A stretch of DNA of 64,000 nucleotides, taken from IMG/VR virus record IMGVR_UViG_3300050343_000191, positions 1-64,000 of that record; one strand, 5' to 3'. The position numbers and the translations under genes are program-made. The notes beneath the pieces are model-generated. The model did not search any database, was not told where the DNA came from, and saw only the letters and a program-made list of their open reading frames with translations. Positions 21,469 to 30,746 of the stretch are shown one piece after another (position 1 is the first letter of the stretch; each line of letters opens with the position of its first letter).

Positions 21469-23646
21469 TTATTCTCCTCCTAATGCTAGAATTAACGGTG
21501 TGACGTTTGCAAATAAACTCTTGGAATAGAAATTACCAGAAATAGTTCCAGTAACTTGATCAATCACAACACCCTCACCGATTCTGAAGTTACCTCCTTG
21601 GTCTGTGCTGGTATAGATTACTAATCCACCATTACGATTGTCAACTTCATTCTCTTGTATCATAACACCACCACGAGAAGGAAGTGATGAAACTGGATCA
21701 CATCCAGAACCAATATATTCAAACGAATGAGAAGAGGCGAGAACTCTACTTTGTTTGAAGAAAGGAACTGTAGTACCAATTCCTATAGAATATGGAAGGT
21801 TTTCGTTGAAAGTAACGGTAGAGATCCCAGCAGATATTGGTGTGGAAGACTTAACTGTATAGTATGTTGGAAGTAATTCTATTATAGCTGTTGCTGTATT
21901 TATTCCAACATCAGGAGCAGAAAATGTGACAGTAGGTACAGTCTCATATCCACGTCCACTTGATAAGATTTCAATATCAGTTACAAATCCATTCGTAACT
22001 GTAGGAACTGCAGTAGCAGCAATACCCCATATTTCAGATGGAGAATCAATCGCCATTGTTGGAGTAGAATTATATCCACTACCAGCATTAGTAATTGTTA
22101 CTTTTCCAACGGTATAATATAATTCATCAAAATATACAACCTGACCATCATAAGGTCTGACCACATTTAAATCTACATTTCCACCTTCAACATAAGTATG
22201 CTCCCTATCGTTAGGTCCTACGTGAACTGTGAATTGATTTGGTGCAGGAACAGACTTAATAGAAAATACATAACCATTATCTCCACTTGGGAAGTTAGAG
22301 ATTGTACTGATAGCAACTACACCACCAGAAACATAAGTATGAGAAATTGTTGAATGACCAACATTTACAACAAACTTATTGGAAGCAGGAACTGATGTCA
22401 CATCAAATACATGATTTGAAGCACCATTCCCCGCACCAGGTGCTGGTGGGAAAGTTCCATTTGATGCACCACCACCAGAATTACAGTTAAATGTAAAGTC
22501 TCTGAGTGTAGCAGCAATGCCAACAGTAAAATCGTGATTAGCAGAAGTGGTAACTGTCATCACACCACTCTGTGCATCATAGTCTGCTGCACTGACATTA
22601 TAGTCAGTTGTTCCTACTGAAGAGTCGCAGGTAAACTTAAGATTAGCGATGGTAACTGCAGCACCAACATTATATCCATGATTACTTACAGTAGTAATAG
22701 TTGTCAGACCAGTGACACCATCATAGACGGCATTGGTGACACTGATTGGATCTTCTCTATCTATATGAAGGGTAAAAACATCCGCATTGACTGCAGAGGT
22801 TACACTTATAATACCAGTAAACTGTCTCGGTCCTACACCATCAGCAACTAATCCAAAGTCACCAAATGAAGAGTTGGAGTTAGTAACATCACACTGACCG
22901 CCAGAACCACAGAAGATTGACTCTTCATTGTTAATGGTAAACAGTGAAACTAACTGTGCATAACCTTCATTTGTGATTGAACAACCGATGCCACACTGAT
23001 TATACTGTGTAAAGGAATCACAAACAAAACTCTTAAAAGGTCCAATAACATTATTACCATCAATCTTCATACCAATACTATTGGTGACAAAGTTTGTACA
23101 GTTCAAAAGATATGGTGATTGTCCAGAGTATCTGATTACATCTGGATCAAATGCTGCGATTGCCTTTCCATGATTCATCGTTCCTGTGAACGACATATCA
23201 CTGATTAAATTTCCAGGTGCTACGTGAAATAAATCTTGATCTGCGTTCTGAGGGACAACAGTAACTTCTCTGAGACTGTCTCCAACAATACTTACTTGAG
23301 GACCAACCTTGATTGGGTTATCCTCTACATAAGTTCCAGCACTAATTTTAACAATAGATCCTGCGATTGTTGAGGCGATGGAGACTGCTGCTTTGACTGT
23401 TGCTTTAGCATCGCCTGGTTTTTTACCCGTGTTGGTATCTTTTCCGTCTTTTGTGACATATAAAACATTCGTAATACTTGCGCCCGAACCGACTCTAACA
23501 ACGTCCGTTGCCAGACCTGCCCTCGCTCTGAGAGTATACAGTTCTGCATCATTTGTGTTAAGAGCTAATTCTCCTAACTGTAGATCTGCTACCTGTGGTA
23601 CCTTATTGGGTACGGCAGATCGTTTAATCCTAAACGGTGTCGCCAT
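21469..23646 (-). CDS. Virion structural/tail protein
   Basis: 725 aa; NVLYVTKDG..D beta-helix-like start, duplicated YD..xG.xTxTT..NH modules, GNFRIGEGVVIDQ tail motif. Confidence 0.75.
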   Translation of the reverse strand: MATPFRIKRSAVPNKVPQVADLQLGELALNTNDAELYTLRARAGLATDVVRVGSGASITNVLYVTKDGKDTNTGKKPGDAKATVKAAVSIASTIAGSIVKISAGTYVEDNPIKVGPQVSIVGDSLREVTVVPQNADQDLFHVAPGNLISDMSFTGTMNHGKAIAAFDPDVIRYSGQSPYLLNCTNFVTNSIGMKIDGNNVIGPFKSFVCDSFTQYNQCGIGCSITNEGYAQLVSLFTINNEESIFCGSGGQCDVTNSNSSFGDFGLVADGVGPRQFTGIISVTSAVNADVFTLHIDREDPISVTNAVYDGVTGLTTITTVSNHGYNVGAAVTIANLKFTCDSSVGTTDYNVSAADYDAQSGVMTVTTSANHDFTVGIAATLRDFTFNCNSGGGASNGTFPPAPGAGNGASNHVFDVTSVPASNKFVVNVGHSTISHTYVSGGVVAISTISNFPSGDNGYVFSIKSVPAPNQFTVHVGPNDREHTYVEGGNVDLNVVRPYDGQVVYFDELYYTVGKVTITNAGSGYNSTPTMAIDSPSEIWGIAATAVPTVTNGFVTDIEILSSGRGYETVPTVTFSAPDVGINTATAIIELLPTYYTVKSSTPISAGISTVTFNENLPYSIGIGTTVPFFKQSRVLASSHSFEYIGSGCDPVSSLPSRGGVMIQENEVDNRNGGLVIYTSTDQGGNFRIGEGVVIDQVTGTISGNFYSKSLFANVTPLILALGGE

Positions 23647-23703
23647 TTATTCGCATTCGGTATTTACCAAAAATTGCAGTATTTACTGCTATAGTTTATT
23701 TAT

Positions 23704-24075
23704 TCAACTCGCATTATTCCTTCTTGGGCGATATGCAAATAAGTTGGCAGGTTTTTCAGGTTTCATCCAGTCTTTAATTTTTTCATATCTTTCAATACTA
23801 AAAAACTCCTGAGAAAGATACCATTCTTCCCAAGGAGTATGACCTTTATCCTGATTACACGAATGGCAAGCACAAAGAACATTTTTAGTGAAATCTGTGC
23901 CGCCCTTTGCTTTAGCAACAATATGATCAATTGTAAGTTTGTGCTCTGATCCACAGTATGCACATTTTAAATCCCATTCTTCCTTTATCTTTTTCCTCCA
24001 TAACCTTTTTGCTTCAGCAGAACTTGTAGTTTCGAGATTGAAGACATAGGCTTGTGGAGAATTGTACAGAGGCAT
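23704..24075 (-). CDS. HNH endonuclease
   Basis: CAYCG...TIDHIVAKAKGG...NVLCACHSCNQDKG. Confidence 0.9.
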   Translation of the reverse strand: MPLYNSPQAYVFNLETTSSAEAKRLWRKKIKEEWDLKCAYCGSEHKLTIDHIVAKAKGGTDFTKNVLCACHSCNQDKGHTPWEEWYLSQEFFSIERYEKIKDWMKPEKPANLFAYRPRRNNAS

Positions 24076-24098
24076 AAGATCTTGCGTCTTACAATTAT

Positions 24099-24239
24099 TT
24101 ATTCCTGATGCTTCTTTCTACACGCTGCTCTACAATATGCTCTTGCTAAACTGTCAACATTGCTACAAGGTTTATCTTTTTCACCACAATACGGACACTT
24201 AGCATCGGGAGAATCATTCGGGTATGAAAGCTTCTTCAT
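24099..24239 (-). CDS. Small Cys-rich protein, 46 aa
   Basis: Hand translation MKKLSYPNDSPDAKCPYCGEKDKPCSNVDSLARAYCRAACRKKHQE*. Confidence 0.55.
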   Translation of the reverse strand: MKKLSYPNDSPDAKCPYCGEKDKPCSNVDSLARAYCRAACRKKHQE

Positions 24240-24615
24240 CACTTTGATTTAGTTTGGGAAATGGAAACATCACATCAAATTCTTCGTCAGAAAGTTCTTT
24301 CCAAGAACCACCAACTCCACCATCCATATTTACCACAATATCATTAGTGGGAAGTTGTTTGGCAGAACTAACATCAATTATGTCACCGGGAAGAGGATTA
24401 AATGTATAGTAATGTCCTTCCCATCTATTGTTTCTCATATTGAGAAGATTGACAGCATCTTTTTGACTACCACAATCGGCAATCTTTTCACCTCTAGGAT
24501 TGAACACTGAATAATAACCTCTCATTTCCCCTCCAACAGAAGCAACCATTTCATTTCTAGTAGGTAATTCCAAAATACGTTCTTCTGGGTCAAGTTTACC
24601 AAGCATTGAATTCAT
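24214..24615 (-). CDS. Hypothetical protein
   Basis: 133 aa ORF downstream of a sigma70-like promoter. Confidence 0.65.
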   Translation of the reverse strand: MNSMLGKLDPEERILELPTRNEMVASVGGEMRGYYSVFNPRGEKIADCGSQKDAVNLLNMRNNRWEGHYYTFNPLPGDIIDVSSAKQLPTNDIVVNMDGGVGGSWKELSDEEFDVMFPFPKLNQSDEEAFIPE

Positions 24616-24628
24616 TCAACTTAATACA

Positions 24629-24657
24629 ATTATACCCCCAAAGTGGGGGTATGTAAA
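24629..24657 (-). promoter_or_regulatory. Sigma70-type promoter with palindromic spacer
   Basis: TTTACA-17-TATAAT; spacer forms ATACCCCCA-3 nt-TGGGGGTAT. Confidence 0.6.
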
Positions 24658-24660
24658 GGG

Positions 24661-25326
24661 TCATTTTTTAACTGCTGCCCAGTCTTTGTCAAAGATCTCA
24701 AGACCCTTATCAGTAAGGATGTGATCATACATCTGATCAAAAACCTTTGGTGGCATAGTACAGATTTGAGCACCATTATACCAAGAACGAACGGCACGTT
24801 GCACACTGCGGATAGAAGCAGAAAGAATCTGAGTTCTCACACCATGAATACGATAGAGTTCAGAAATAGAACGAACAACTTCAAGACCAGCGACCGACTG
24901 ATCATCAAGGCGACCAACAAAAGGTGAAACGTAAGTAGCACCTGCCTTAGCAGCAAGTATTGCCTGAGCAGCACTAAAGATGAGAGTTACATTAACCTTA
25001 ATATTCTCATCAGAGAGTTCTTTACAGACACTCAAACCATCCCTAGTCATAGGAAGTTTAACAGTGCAGACATCACCAAACATATCAGAAAGTCTACGTC
25101 CCTCATGATACATCTGAGCTGCACTACCAATAACCTCCATACTGATATCACGAACACCAATATCTTTGATGTCCTGGTATACATCCATAGGATTTCTACC
25201 ACTCTTCATAATCAAAGTAGGATTGGTAGTGACACCATCTACTAAACCTGTTTTGAAATATTCATTAATAACGTTGGTGTCAGCTGTATCGAGAAAAATT
25301 TTCATATAGTTATGAGTATATTTCAT
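24661..25326 (-). CDS. talC: Transaldolase (phage TalC type)
   Basis: MKIFLDTAD...DGVTTNPTL...VKLP...VNVTLIFS..QA...YVSPFVGRLDD; alternative start at 25305. Confidence 0.95.
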   Translation of the reverse strand: MKYTHNYMKIFLDTADTNVINEYFKTGLVDGVTTNPTLIMKSGRNPMDVYQDIKDIGVRDISMEVIGSAAQMYHEGRRLSDMFGDVCTVKLPMTRDGLSVCKELSDENIKVNVTLIFSAAQAILAAKAGATYVSPFVGRLDDQSVAGLEVVRSISELYRIHGVRTQILSASIRSVQRAVRSWYNGAQICTMPPKVFDQMYDHILTDKGLEIFDKDWAAVKK

Positions 25327-25670
25327 TATTGAACGTGTACATTACCAATCATACCAGCACCTTTATGAGGAGCACACCAAAAAGTGTAATCTCCAGAATC
25401 AGGGAAAGTAATATCAAACTCTTCACCTGACATCATAGCGAGTGCTTCATGACTGAGTTCGGGGTGATCCTCAACAACTACGTTGTGAGGTGGGAGCATA
25501 TTGTTCACAAAATGAACTGACTCACCTGCTGATATTGTAACATCTGCTGGTTCAAAAATCAAGTTGCCGTTTGAACCCATCATTACATCAGCGGCATATG
25601 CTAACCTTGGCAAAAATACAATTAGCGCAAAAACAATACTCAAAATTAGTGTTCTAGTAATTTTCTTCAT
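25326..25670 (-). CDS. petE: Plastocyanin
   Basis: Signal peptide, FEPADVTI...NNMLPPHNVV, YTFWCAPHKGAGMIG copper ligands. Confidence 0.95.
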   Translation of the reverse strand: MKKITRTLILSIVFALIVFLPRLAYAADVMMGSNGNLIFEPADVTISAGESVHFVNNMLPPHNVVVEDHPELSHEALAMMSGEEFDITFPDSGDYTFWCAPHKGAGMIGNVHVQ

Positions 25671-25743
25671 TATAATGAAGCAACTACTATATCTATTGCA
25701 CCATCAGATTTTTATACTCACTTTTGTCACGACTTCATGACGT

Positions 25744-25771
25744 AAAAAAAGACCCCCTCTTGAAGGGGGTC
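25744..25771 (-). terminator. Intrinsic terminator
   Basis: GACCCCCT/AGGGGGTC stem followed by T7 on the minus strand. Confidence 0.75.
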
Positions 25772-25809
25772 GAAACGGACAATCAGGACAACCAGCGCCG
25801 CAACATCCT

Positions 25810-26022
25810 CTATTCTTTATCATACAATTTCTCTAGTTTTTCTCTAGAGAGATCCACATACATTAACTCTTCACCTGGTTCAGGTGCTTCAGGATGCTTT
25901 GGTTTGGGAGGTTTACTCATCTCTATATTAATAGATTGAATGTTACTCCACATCATTGCAAACGCAGCACCACCAATGGCAGCGAAGCATACGAAGTATA
26001 AAAAGACTTCAAAGTTATTCAT
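25810..26022 (-). CDS. Small membrane protein
   Basis: 70 aa, N-terminal TM helix, KPKHPEAPEPGEELMYV. Confidence 0.65.
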   Translation of the reverse strand: MNNFEVFLYFVCFAAIGGAAFAMMWSNIQSINIEMSKPPKPKHPEAPEPGEELMYVDLSREKLEKLYDKE

Positions 26023-26264
26023 GCTTCTTGTAGTGATTGAACTGTGTTGTGTAATTCCCCAACATCACGGAGACCCTCAGCACTAAACCAAGGGGCATTT
26101 GCCCAACTGAATCCTTCACCAAAAGTGTTATCAGGTGCTGTGATGTACCAATGACATGCTGTGTCAGGCACATCTACTGCACACTTAGACCAGTCATCAC
26201 TCCACTGTGGGACTTGCACCCACATTAGAGCAGCAAACATAATACTGAAGAGTGATTTAATCAT
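26019..26264 (-). CDS. Hypothetical protein
   Basis: 81 aa Trp-rich ORF, overlaps next gene by ATGA. Confidence 0.65.
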   Translation of the reverse strand: MIKSLFSIMFAALMWVQVPQWSDDWSKCAVDVPDTACHWYITAPDNTFGEGFSWANAPWFSAEGLRDVGELHNTVQSLQEA

Positions 26265-26292
26265 GTCTTATTAAAGGTTATGGAGTGAAGTT

Positions 26293-26703
26293 TTAGTTAG
26301 AAGAATCATTATTAAAGAGTCTCAGTTTTATGAGATGATCTAGTGAGAAATTACCAGGACCACTGAGAACTATACATGCTGCACCTCCCCAGTAAAGAAC
26401 TAAAAGTTCTAACAAGTAGATGTTAAATCCAGATGTAAACAGAGCATGATAAATTGCGAATGATATTGTACCTAAGATTGCTAAGGCACCCAAACGAGTG
26501 CCAAGTCCACAGATAACCAACCAACTCCCCACAATCTCAGCAAATGCTGCAAAGTATGAGGAGACGATTGGGAATGGAAGATGTAATGGTCTTACAAATG
26601 CATCCGCAAAGTTTTCAATGTTCTCTAGTTTCTCATATCCATGATGGATAAGCATAGTGCCTAACGCTATACGAAGTAATAAGAACCCTAGAGATTGAAT
26701 CAC
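26293..26703 (-). CDS. DoxX-family membrane protein
   Basis: [17 protein letters not shown]...[16 protein letters not shown]...GPGNFSLD. Confidence 0.85.
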   Translation of the reverse strand: MIQSLGFLLLRIALGTMLIHHGYEKLENIENFADAFVRPLHLPFPIVSSYFAAFAEIVGSWLVICGLGTRLGALAILGTISFAIYHALFTSGFNIYLLELLVLYWGGAACIVLSGPGNFSLDHLIKLRLFNNDSSN

Positions 26704-27755
26704 AATGCGTTACCTCTAGGAAGAACTTCTTCTGGGAATACGAATGACTCATGTGGTTGATCAACTGGTGCCAACCAGGCACGTAATCCTTCATTCAGAA
26801 GAATATTTTTTGTGTAGAAGGTCTCAAACTCAGGATCTTCTGCTGCTCTGATCTCTTGACTCACGAAATCGTAAGCACGAAGATTGAGAGCAAGACCAAT
26901 AATGCCAATACTGGATGTCCAAAGACCCATAACAGGCACAAACAACATAAAGAAATGAAGCCACCGCTTGTTAGAAAACGCAATGCCGAAGATCTGCGAC
27001 CAGAAGCGGTTTGCAGTGACCATAGAGTAAGTTTCCTCCTCTTGTGTTGAATCAAACGCCTTAAAGGTGTTTGCTTGTTCTCCATCCTCATAGAGTGTGT
27101 TTTCAACAGTAACGCCATGAATTGCCGATAACAATGCTCCTCCAAGTATACCAGCAACTCCCATCATATGGAATGGGTTGAGCGTCCAGTTATGGAAGCC
27201 CTGTAGGAAGAGTAGGAACCTAAAGATCGCTGCAACACCAAACGACGGCGCAAAGAACCAACTGGACTGTCCGAGAGGATAGATGAGAAACACACTGACA
27301 AAAACAGCGATAGGCCCAGAGAACGCAATAGCGTTGTACGGACGAATTCCAATTAACCTAGCCAACTCGAATTGACGAAGCATGAAACCAATGAGGGCAA
27401 ATGCTCCGTGGAGTGCCACAAAATTCCAGAGTCCCCCAAGTTGGATCCAGCGGACGAAATCCCCCTGAGCCTCAGGACCCCAGAGAAGAAGAAGAGAATG
27501 ACCCATAGCGTCAGCTGGAGTGCTAACTGCCGCTGTAAGAAAATTTGCACCCTCAAGATAGGAAGTAGCGAGACCGTGGGTATACCAGCTCGTTGCGAAA
27601 GTCGTGCCAGTAAGCCAGCCCCCAATAGCAAGATAAGCAGTGGGTAGAAGAAGAAGTCCAGACCAACCAATAAAAACGAAACGATCCCGTTTAAGCCAGT
27701 CGTCGAGTACATCGAACCACCCCCTTGTTGGTACTTGTAGTGTACTTGTAGTCAT
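26700..27755 (-). CDS. psbD: Photosystem II D2 protein
   Basis: [16 protein letters not shown]...[12 protein letters not shown], full length 351 aa. Confidence 0.99.
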   Translation of the reverse strand: MTTSTLQVPTRGWFDVLDDWLKRDRFVFIGWSGLLLLPTAYLAIGGWLTGTTFATSWYTHGLATSYLEGANFLTAAVSTPADAMGHSLLLLWGPEAQGDFVRWIQLGGLWNFVALHGAFALIGFMLRQFELARLIGIRPYNAIAFSGPIAVFVSVFLIYPLGQSSWFFAPSFGVAAIFRFLLFLQGFHNWTLNPFHMMGVAGILGGALLSAIHGVTVENTLYEDGEQANTFKAFDSTQEEETYSMVTANRFWSQIFGIAFSNKRWLHFFMLFVPVMGLWTSSIGIIGLALNLRAYDFVSQEIRAAEDPEFETFYTKNILLNEGLRAWLAPVDQPHESFVFPEEVLPRGNAL

Positions 27756-27772
27756 TTATTTTTTCCTTGATT

Positions 27773-27985
27773 TTAGTTAACAATACCTGTTAAGGCAAAT
27801 TTTGTTTGATCACCTGGTGTATTTTCATAGGTAGAAGAGTCTCCATATCCTTTGTGATCATTATAACCAACCATACGACCTTTCGTATTTTGAAGGGCAG
27901 GCATAAAGACAATGAATAAGAAAACTCCTGGTGCGCCGATGAATGCAACGGCAACAATCACATAATACGTAAGAAGTTCAGTCAT
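27773..27985 (-). CDS. Small membrane protein between psbA and psbD
   Basis: 70 aa, N-terminal TM helix. Confidence 0.65.
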   Translation of the reverse strand: MTELLTYYVIVAVAFIGAPGVFLFIVFMPALQNTKGRMVGYNDHKGYGDSSTYENTPGDQTKFALTGIVN

Positions 27986-28008
27986 AATAAAACTTAATAT
28001 TTGAAGGT

Positions 28009-28036
28009 AAAAAAGAAGGGGTCCGAAGACCCCCGC
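28009..28036 (-). terminator. psbA intrinsic terminator
   Basis: GGGGTC-TTCG-GACCCC followed by a T-rich tail. Confidence 0.8.
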
Positions 28037-28060
28037 TTCTTACTAATTGTAGCAGGTTAA

Positions 28061-29143
28061 TCAACCAACTGTGGGTGCTGTAAGAGCAACAGGAGTTGAC
28101 TCAGCAGCAGCAAGATCCAGTGGGAAGTTGTGAGCGTTACGCTCGTGCATAACTTCCATACCAAGACCAGCGCGGTTCAGAACGTCTGCCCAGGTGTTCA
28201 ACACACGACCCTGACCATCAAGGATGGACTGGTTGAAGTTGAAACCGTTCAAGTTGAATGCCATCGTAGAAACACCAAGTGCGGTGAACCAGATGCCAAC
28301 AACAGGCCAAGCAGCAAGGAAGAAGTGCAAGGAACGGGAGTTGTTGAATGAAGCGTATTGGAAGATCAGGCGACCGAAGTAACCGTGTGCAGCAACGATG
28401 TTGTACGTCTCTTCTTCTTGACCGAACTTATAACCATAGTTCTGTGACTCTGTTTCAGTCGTCTCACGGACGAGTGAGGAAGTAACGAGACTTCCGTGCA
28501 TAGCAGAGAAAAGAGATCCACCGAATACCCCAGCAACGCCGAGCATGTGGAACGGATGCATAAGAATATTGTGCTCTGCCTGGAAGACGAGCATATAGTT
28601 AAAAGTACCAGAGATACCAAGAGGCATAGCATCGGAGAATGAACCTTGACCGAAAGGATATACGAGGAATACTGCACTCGCAGCAGCGACTGGTGCCGAG
28701 TAGGCAACACAGATCCATGGACGCATACCTAAACGGTAAGAAAGTTCCCACTCACGTCCCATATAGGCATAGATGCCGATGAGGAAGTGGAAGACTACGA
28801 GTTGGAAAGGACCACCGTTATACAGCCACTCATCAAGTGATGCGGCTTCCCAGATGGGATAGAAGTGAAGACCAATTGCGTTGGAAGATGGAACAACTGC
28901 ACCAGAGATGATGTTGTTACCATACATGAGTGAACCAGCGACGGGTTCACGGATGCCGTCGATGTCCACAGGGGGAGCAGCGACGAAGGCGACGATGAAG
29001 CAGATAGTTGCTGCCAACAGAGTTGGAATCATCAGTACGCCGAACCAACCGACATAGAGGCGGTTATTGGTAGAAGTTACCCACTCGCAGAAAGATTCCC
29101 ACGAAGAGGTTGTTTGTTGTTGTTGAAGTGTAGCGTTAGCCAT
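28061..29143 (-). CDS. psbA: Photosystem II D1 protein
   Basis: [15 protein letters not shown]...[14 protein letters not shown], 360 aa, uninterrupted. Confidence 0.99.
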   Translation of the reverse strand: MANATLQQQQTTSSWESFCEWVTSTNNRLYVGWFGVLMIPTLLAATICFIVAFVAAPPVDIDGIREPVAGSLMYGNNIISGAVVPSSNAIGLHFYPIWEAASLDEWLYNGGPFQLVVFHFLIGIYAYMGREWELSYRLGMRPWICVAYSAPVAAASAVFLVYPFGQGSFSDAMPLGISGTFNYMLVFQAEHNILMHPFHMLGVAGVFGGSLFSAMHGSLVTSSLVRETTETESQNYGYKFGQEEETYNIVAAHGYFGRLIFQYASFNNSRSLHFFLAAWPVVGIWFTALGVSTMAFNLNGFNFNQSILDGQGRVLNTWADVLNRAGLGMEVMHERNAHNFPLDLAAAESTPVALTAPTVG

Positions 29144-29149
29144 TGAATT

Positions 29150-29270
29150 GATAAAAAAGTAAGATCATCAGGGAAATGATGGTTTTACTATTCCTGTATC
29201 ACCCTTAGATACAGGTATGAAAGACGTGATTTAGACACCCTATAGGTCTTGGTTTGCGGGGTGTTACGAA
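29150..29270 (-). ncRNA. Structured psbA leader, probable PhotoRC-II-type cis-regulatory RNA
   Basis: About 160-nt leader with CCTGTATC/GATACAGG and CATCA/TGATG hairpins and AAACCAAGACCTATAGGGTGTCTAAA; position and look match my recollection of phage psbA leader motifs. Confidence 0.6.
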
Positions 29271-29307
29271 CAGTTAAGAAATGTGTTGGTTTCTTAACCT
29301 CTCGACT

Positions 29308-29341
29308 TATTTATAATACTACGGTTTTCCCGACCTGTCAA
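29308..29341 (-). promoter_or_regulatory. Overlapping early (sigma70) and late (T4-type) psbA promoters
   Basis: TTGACA-17-TATTAT, with TATAAATA at 29308-29315 overlapping the -10 box. Confidence 0.75.
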
Positions 29342-29344
29342 CCC

Positions 29345-29506
29345 CTAATACCGATATTCCTCAATCCTATTCAAGACTCGATTGAGATACTTGTGAGCCA
29401 TATCCTTTTCCCCCTGCCAAACAGTCTTTGGTTCTCCATCAACCTCATGCTTGAGTTTGAGAACGTGACATATCAATTCATCTTTGTTCAATTGATTTTT
29501 TGGCAT
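29345..29506 (-). CDS. Small hypothetical protein, 53 aa
   Basis: Hand translation MPKNQLNKDELICHVLKLKHEVDGEPKTVWQGEKDMAHKYLNRVLNRIEEYRY*. Confidence 0.6.
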   Translation of the reverse strand: MPKNQLNKDELICHVLKLKHEVDGEPKTVWQGEKDMAHKYLNRVLNRIEEYRY

Positions 29507-29554
29507 ATAATAAAAAAACTCTACTCAGTATATAGAGTAGAGTTGAAAAGTCAA

Positions 29555-29734
29555 CTATTTATGTGTGATGAAATCATCACTATCTTTTTTTTTACTTTCT
29601 ACAGTTTTATTAATTATAATAATTTTCTCACCATCGTGAGTAAACTGTAGTTCATCATCTGGATGCCATAGAAGTTCTTCGTACATATCATCAAGTTTCT
29701 GCATGTCTTCATACAGTTGATTATGATTAGTCAT
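29555..29734 (-). CDS. Small hypothetical protein, 59 aa
   Basis: Hand translation MTNHNQLYEDMQKLDDMYEELLWHPDDELQFTHDGEKIIIINKTVESKKKDSDDFITHK*. Confidence 0.6.
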   Translation of the reverse strand: MTNHNQLYEDMQKLDDMYEELLWHPDDELQFTHDGEKIIIINKTVESKKKDSDDFITHK

Positions 29735-29756
29735 ACTTATTGAATACTTTATAGTA

Positions 29757-30047
29757 TTAATAAAGATTCTCTTCTTGATCCGTTTGGATTACACAATCGC
29801 TAGTAGGATATGCAACACATGTCAGTACAAATCCAGTTTCAATCTGATCATCATCCAAGAACGATTGATCGGACTGATCTACTGTACCAGAGACAATTTT
29901 ACCAGCACAAGAAGAACAGGCACCAGCGCGACAGGAATAGTTGATGTCAACTCCTGCTTCTTCTGCTGCGTCTAAGATGTACTGATCATCTTGACAAGTA
30001 ATAATTTCATCACCATCAGAAGTTTGAAGTGTAATCTTATAATCCAT
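29757..30047 (-). CDS. petF: Plant-type [2Fe-2S] ferredoxin
   Basis: [14 protein letters not shown]...[10 protein letters not shown]...[11 protein letters not shown]. Confidence 0.97.
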   Translation of the reverse strand: MDYKITLQTSDGDEIITCQDDQYILDAAEEAGVDINYSCRAGACSSCAGKIVSGTVDQSDQSFLDDDQIETGFVLTCVAYPTSDCVIQTDQEENLY

Positions 30048-30069
30048 TAATTTTTGTGTGTGAATTAAA

Positions 30070-30098
30070 ATTATATAGATGATTTGCTACTTTGTCAA
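30070..30098 (-). promoter_or_regulatory. Sigma70-type promoter of petF
   Basis: TTGACA-17-TATAAT. Confidence 0.8.
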
Positions 30099-30235
30099 GT
30101 ATTAGGTGATGTAGCAGGGATCATCATACCACCATCAAAGTGGTCGTCATCGTCATCTGTAGTCTCAACTAATAGTAACATAAAAAAGAATGGTGCCAAT
30201 AAAAAAATAGTTGTTTGTGCCCATTCTATACTCAT
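30095..30235 (-). CDS. Small membrane protein, 46 aa, with acidic tail
   Basis: MSIEWAQTTIFLLAPFFFMLLLVETTDDDDDHFDGGMMIPATSPNT*; ATGA-coupled. Confidence 0.55.
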   Translation of the reverse strand: MSIEWAQTTIFLLAPFFFMLLLVETTDDDDDHFDGGMMIPATSPNT

Positions 30236-30297
30236 GAGTTTCTAACTGCTGCGCCAATTGGAATAAGAAACAGCAGTGCTGCTACTACAAATCCCAT
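30232..30297 (-). CDS. Hydrophobic microprotein, 21 aa
   Basis: MGFVVAALLFLIPIGAAVRNS*; start and stop both overlap neighbours. Confidence 0.45.
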   Translation of the reverse strand: MGFVVAALLFLIPIGAAVRNS

Positions 30298-30404
30298 CAC
30301 CAGATACCTGGAATGATTTGTCCTGTGACTGCATAACTACCCATTGCGGCAATGACTCCGATCATTGCTGCCCAACCATTGATGCGTTCTGCGTTTTCGT
30401 TCAT
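30297..30404 (-). CDS. hli: High-light inducible protein, 35 aa
   Basis: MNENAERINGWAAMIGVIAAMGSYAVTGQIIPGIW*, with the AExxNGxxAMIG motif. Confidence 0.9.
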   Translation of the reverse strand: MNENAERINGWAAMIGVIAAMGSYAVTGQIIPGIW

Positions 30405-30414
30405 TGTTTTGTCC

Positions 30415-30501
30415 TTAGTAAGTTTCGGAAAGTTGTTCTACAGTGTAACCAAGAAGACAGAAGAAAGCAACTGTCGTGACGGTAAAAATAATCTCAGTCA
30501 T
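30415..30501 (-). CDS. Hydrophobic microprotein, 28 aa
   Basis: MTEIIFTVTTVAFFCLLGYTVEQLSETY*; TGATG-coupled to the upstream hli. Confidence 0.5.
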   Translation of the reverse strand: MTEIIFTVTTVAFFCLLGYTVEQLSETY

Positions 30502-30719
30502 CAGAATCCGAACGCACCAAAGAAAAATACACTGCCACTAGTGGCATAAGAGACGACAGCAGCAACAAATCCAAGCATAGCAGTGCGTCCATTCAATTTC
30601 TCCGCCCTTTCGGCATATGTCTCATATCCATAACGTTGTGCGTCAGTCTCAGAGACGTACATCTGGGGCTCTTTAGCGAACAGATTCTGTTGTCCACGAT
30701 CATTAGTTGTTACAGTCAC
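30501..30719 (-). CDS. hli: High-light inducible protein
   Basis: AERAEKLNGRTAMLGFVAA motif. Confidence 0.92.
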   Translation of the reverse strand: MTVTTNDRGQQNLFAKEPQMYVSETDAQRYGYETYAERAEKLNGRTAMLGFVAAVVSYATSGSVFFFGAFGF

Positions 30720-30746
30720 GATACACTCCGTAATGTTTCTTTACAT

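Noticed and set aside
3613-23646. Diversity-generating retroelement acting on fibres
   Set aside because: No reverse transcriptase and no near-identical TR/VR pair differing at adenines was seen in this window.
25704-25823. 39-aa Cys-rich ORF MIKNRGCCGAGCPDCPFRPPS...
   Set aside because: The CCGxGCxxCP motif is suggestive, but the frame runs through a strong terminator, so support is insufficient to list it as a gene.
28061-29143. Group I intron or homing endonuclease in or next to psbA
   Set aside because: psbA is continuous at 360 aa, and the psbA-psbD gap holds only a small TM gene.
29249-29650. 133-aa plus-strand ORF upstream of psbA, and the many other short antisense ORFs in the track
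   Set aside because: They shadow better-supported minus-strand genes and promoters and have no recognisable motifs.
30728-30745. NtcA-like site upstream of hli
   Set aside because: Spacing is GTA-N9-TAC rather than GTA-N8-TAC.
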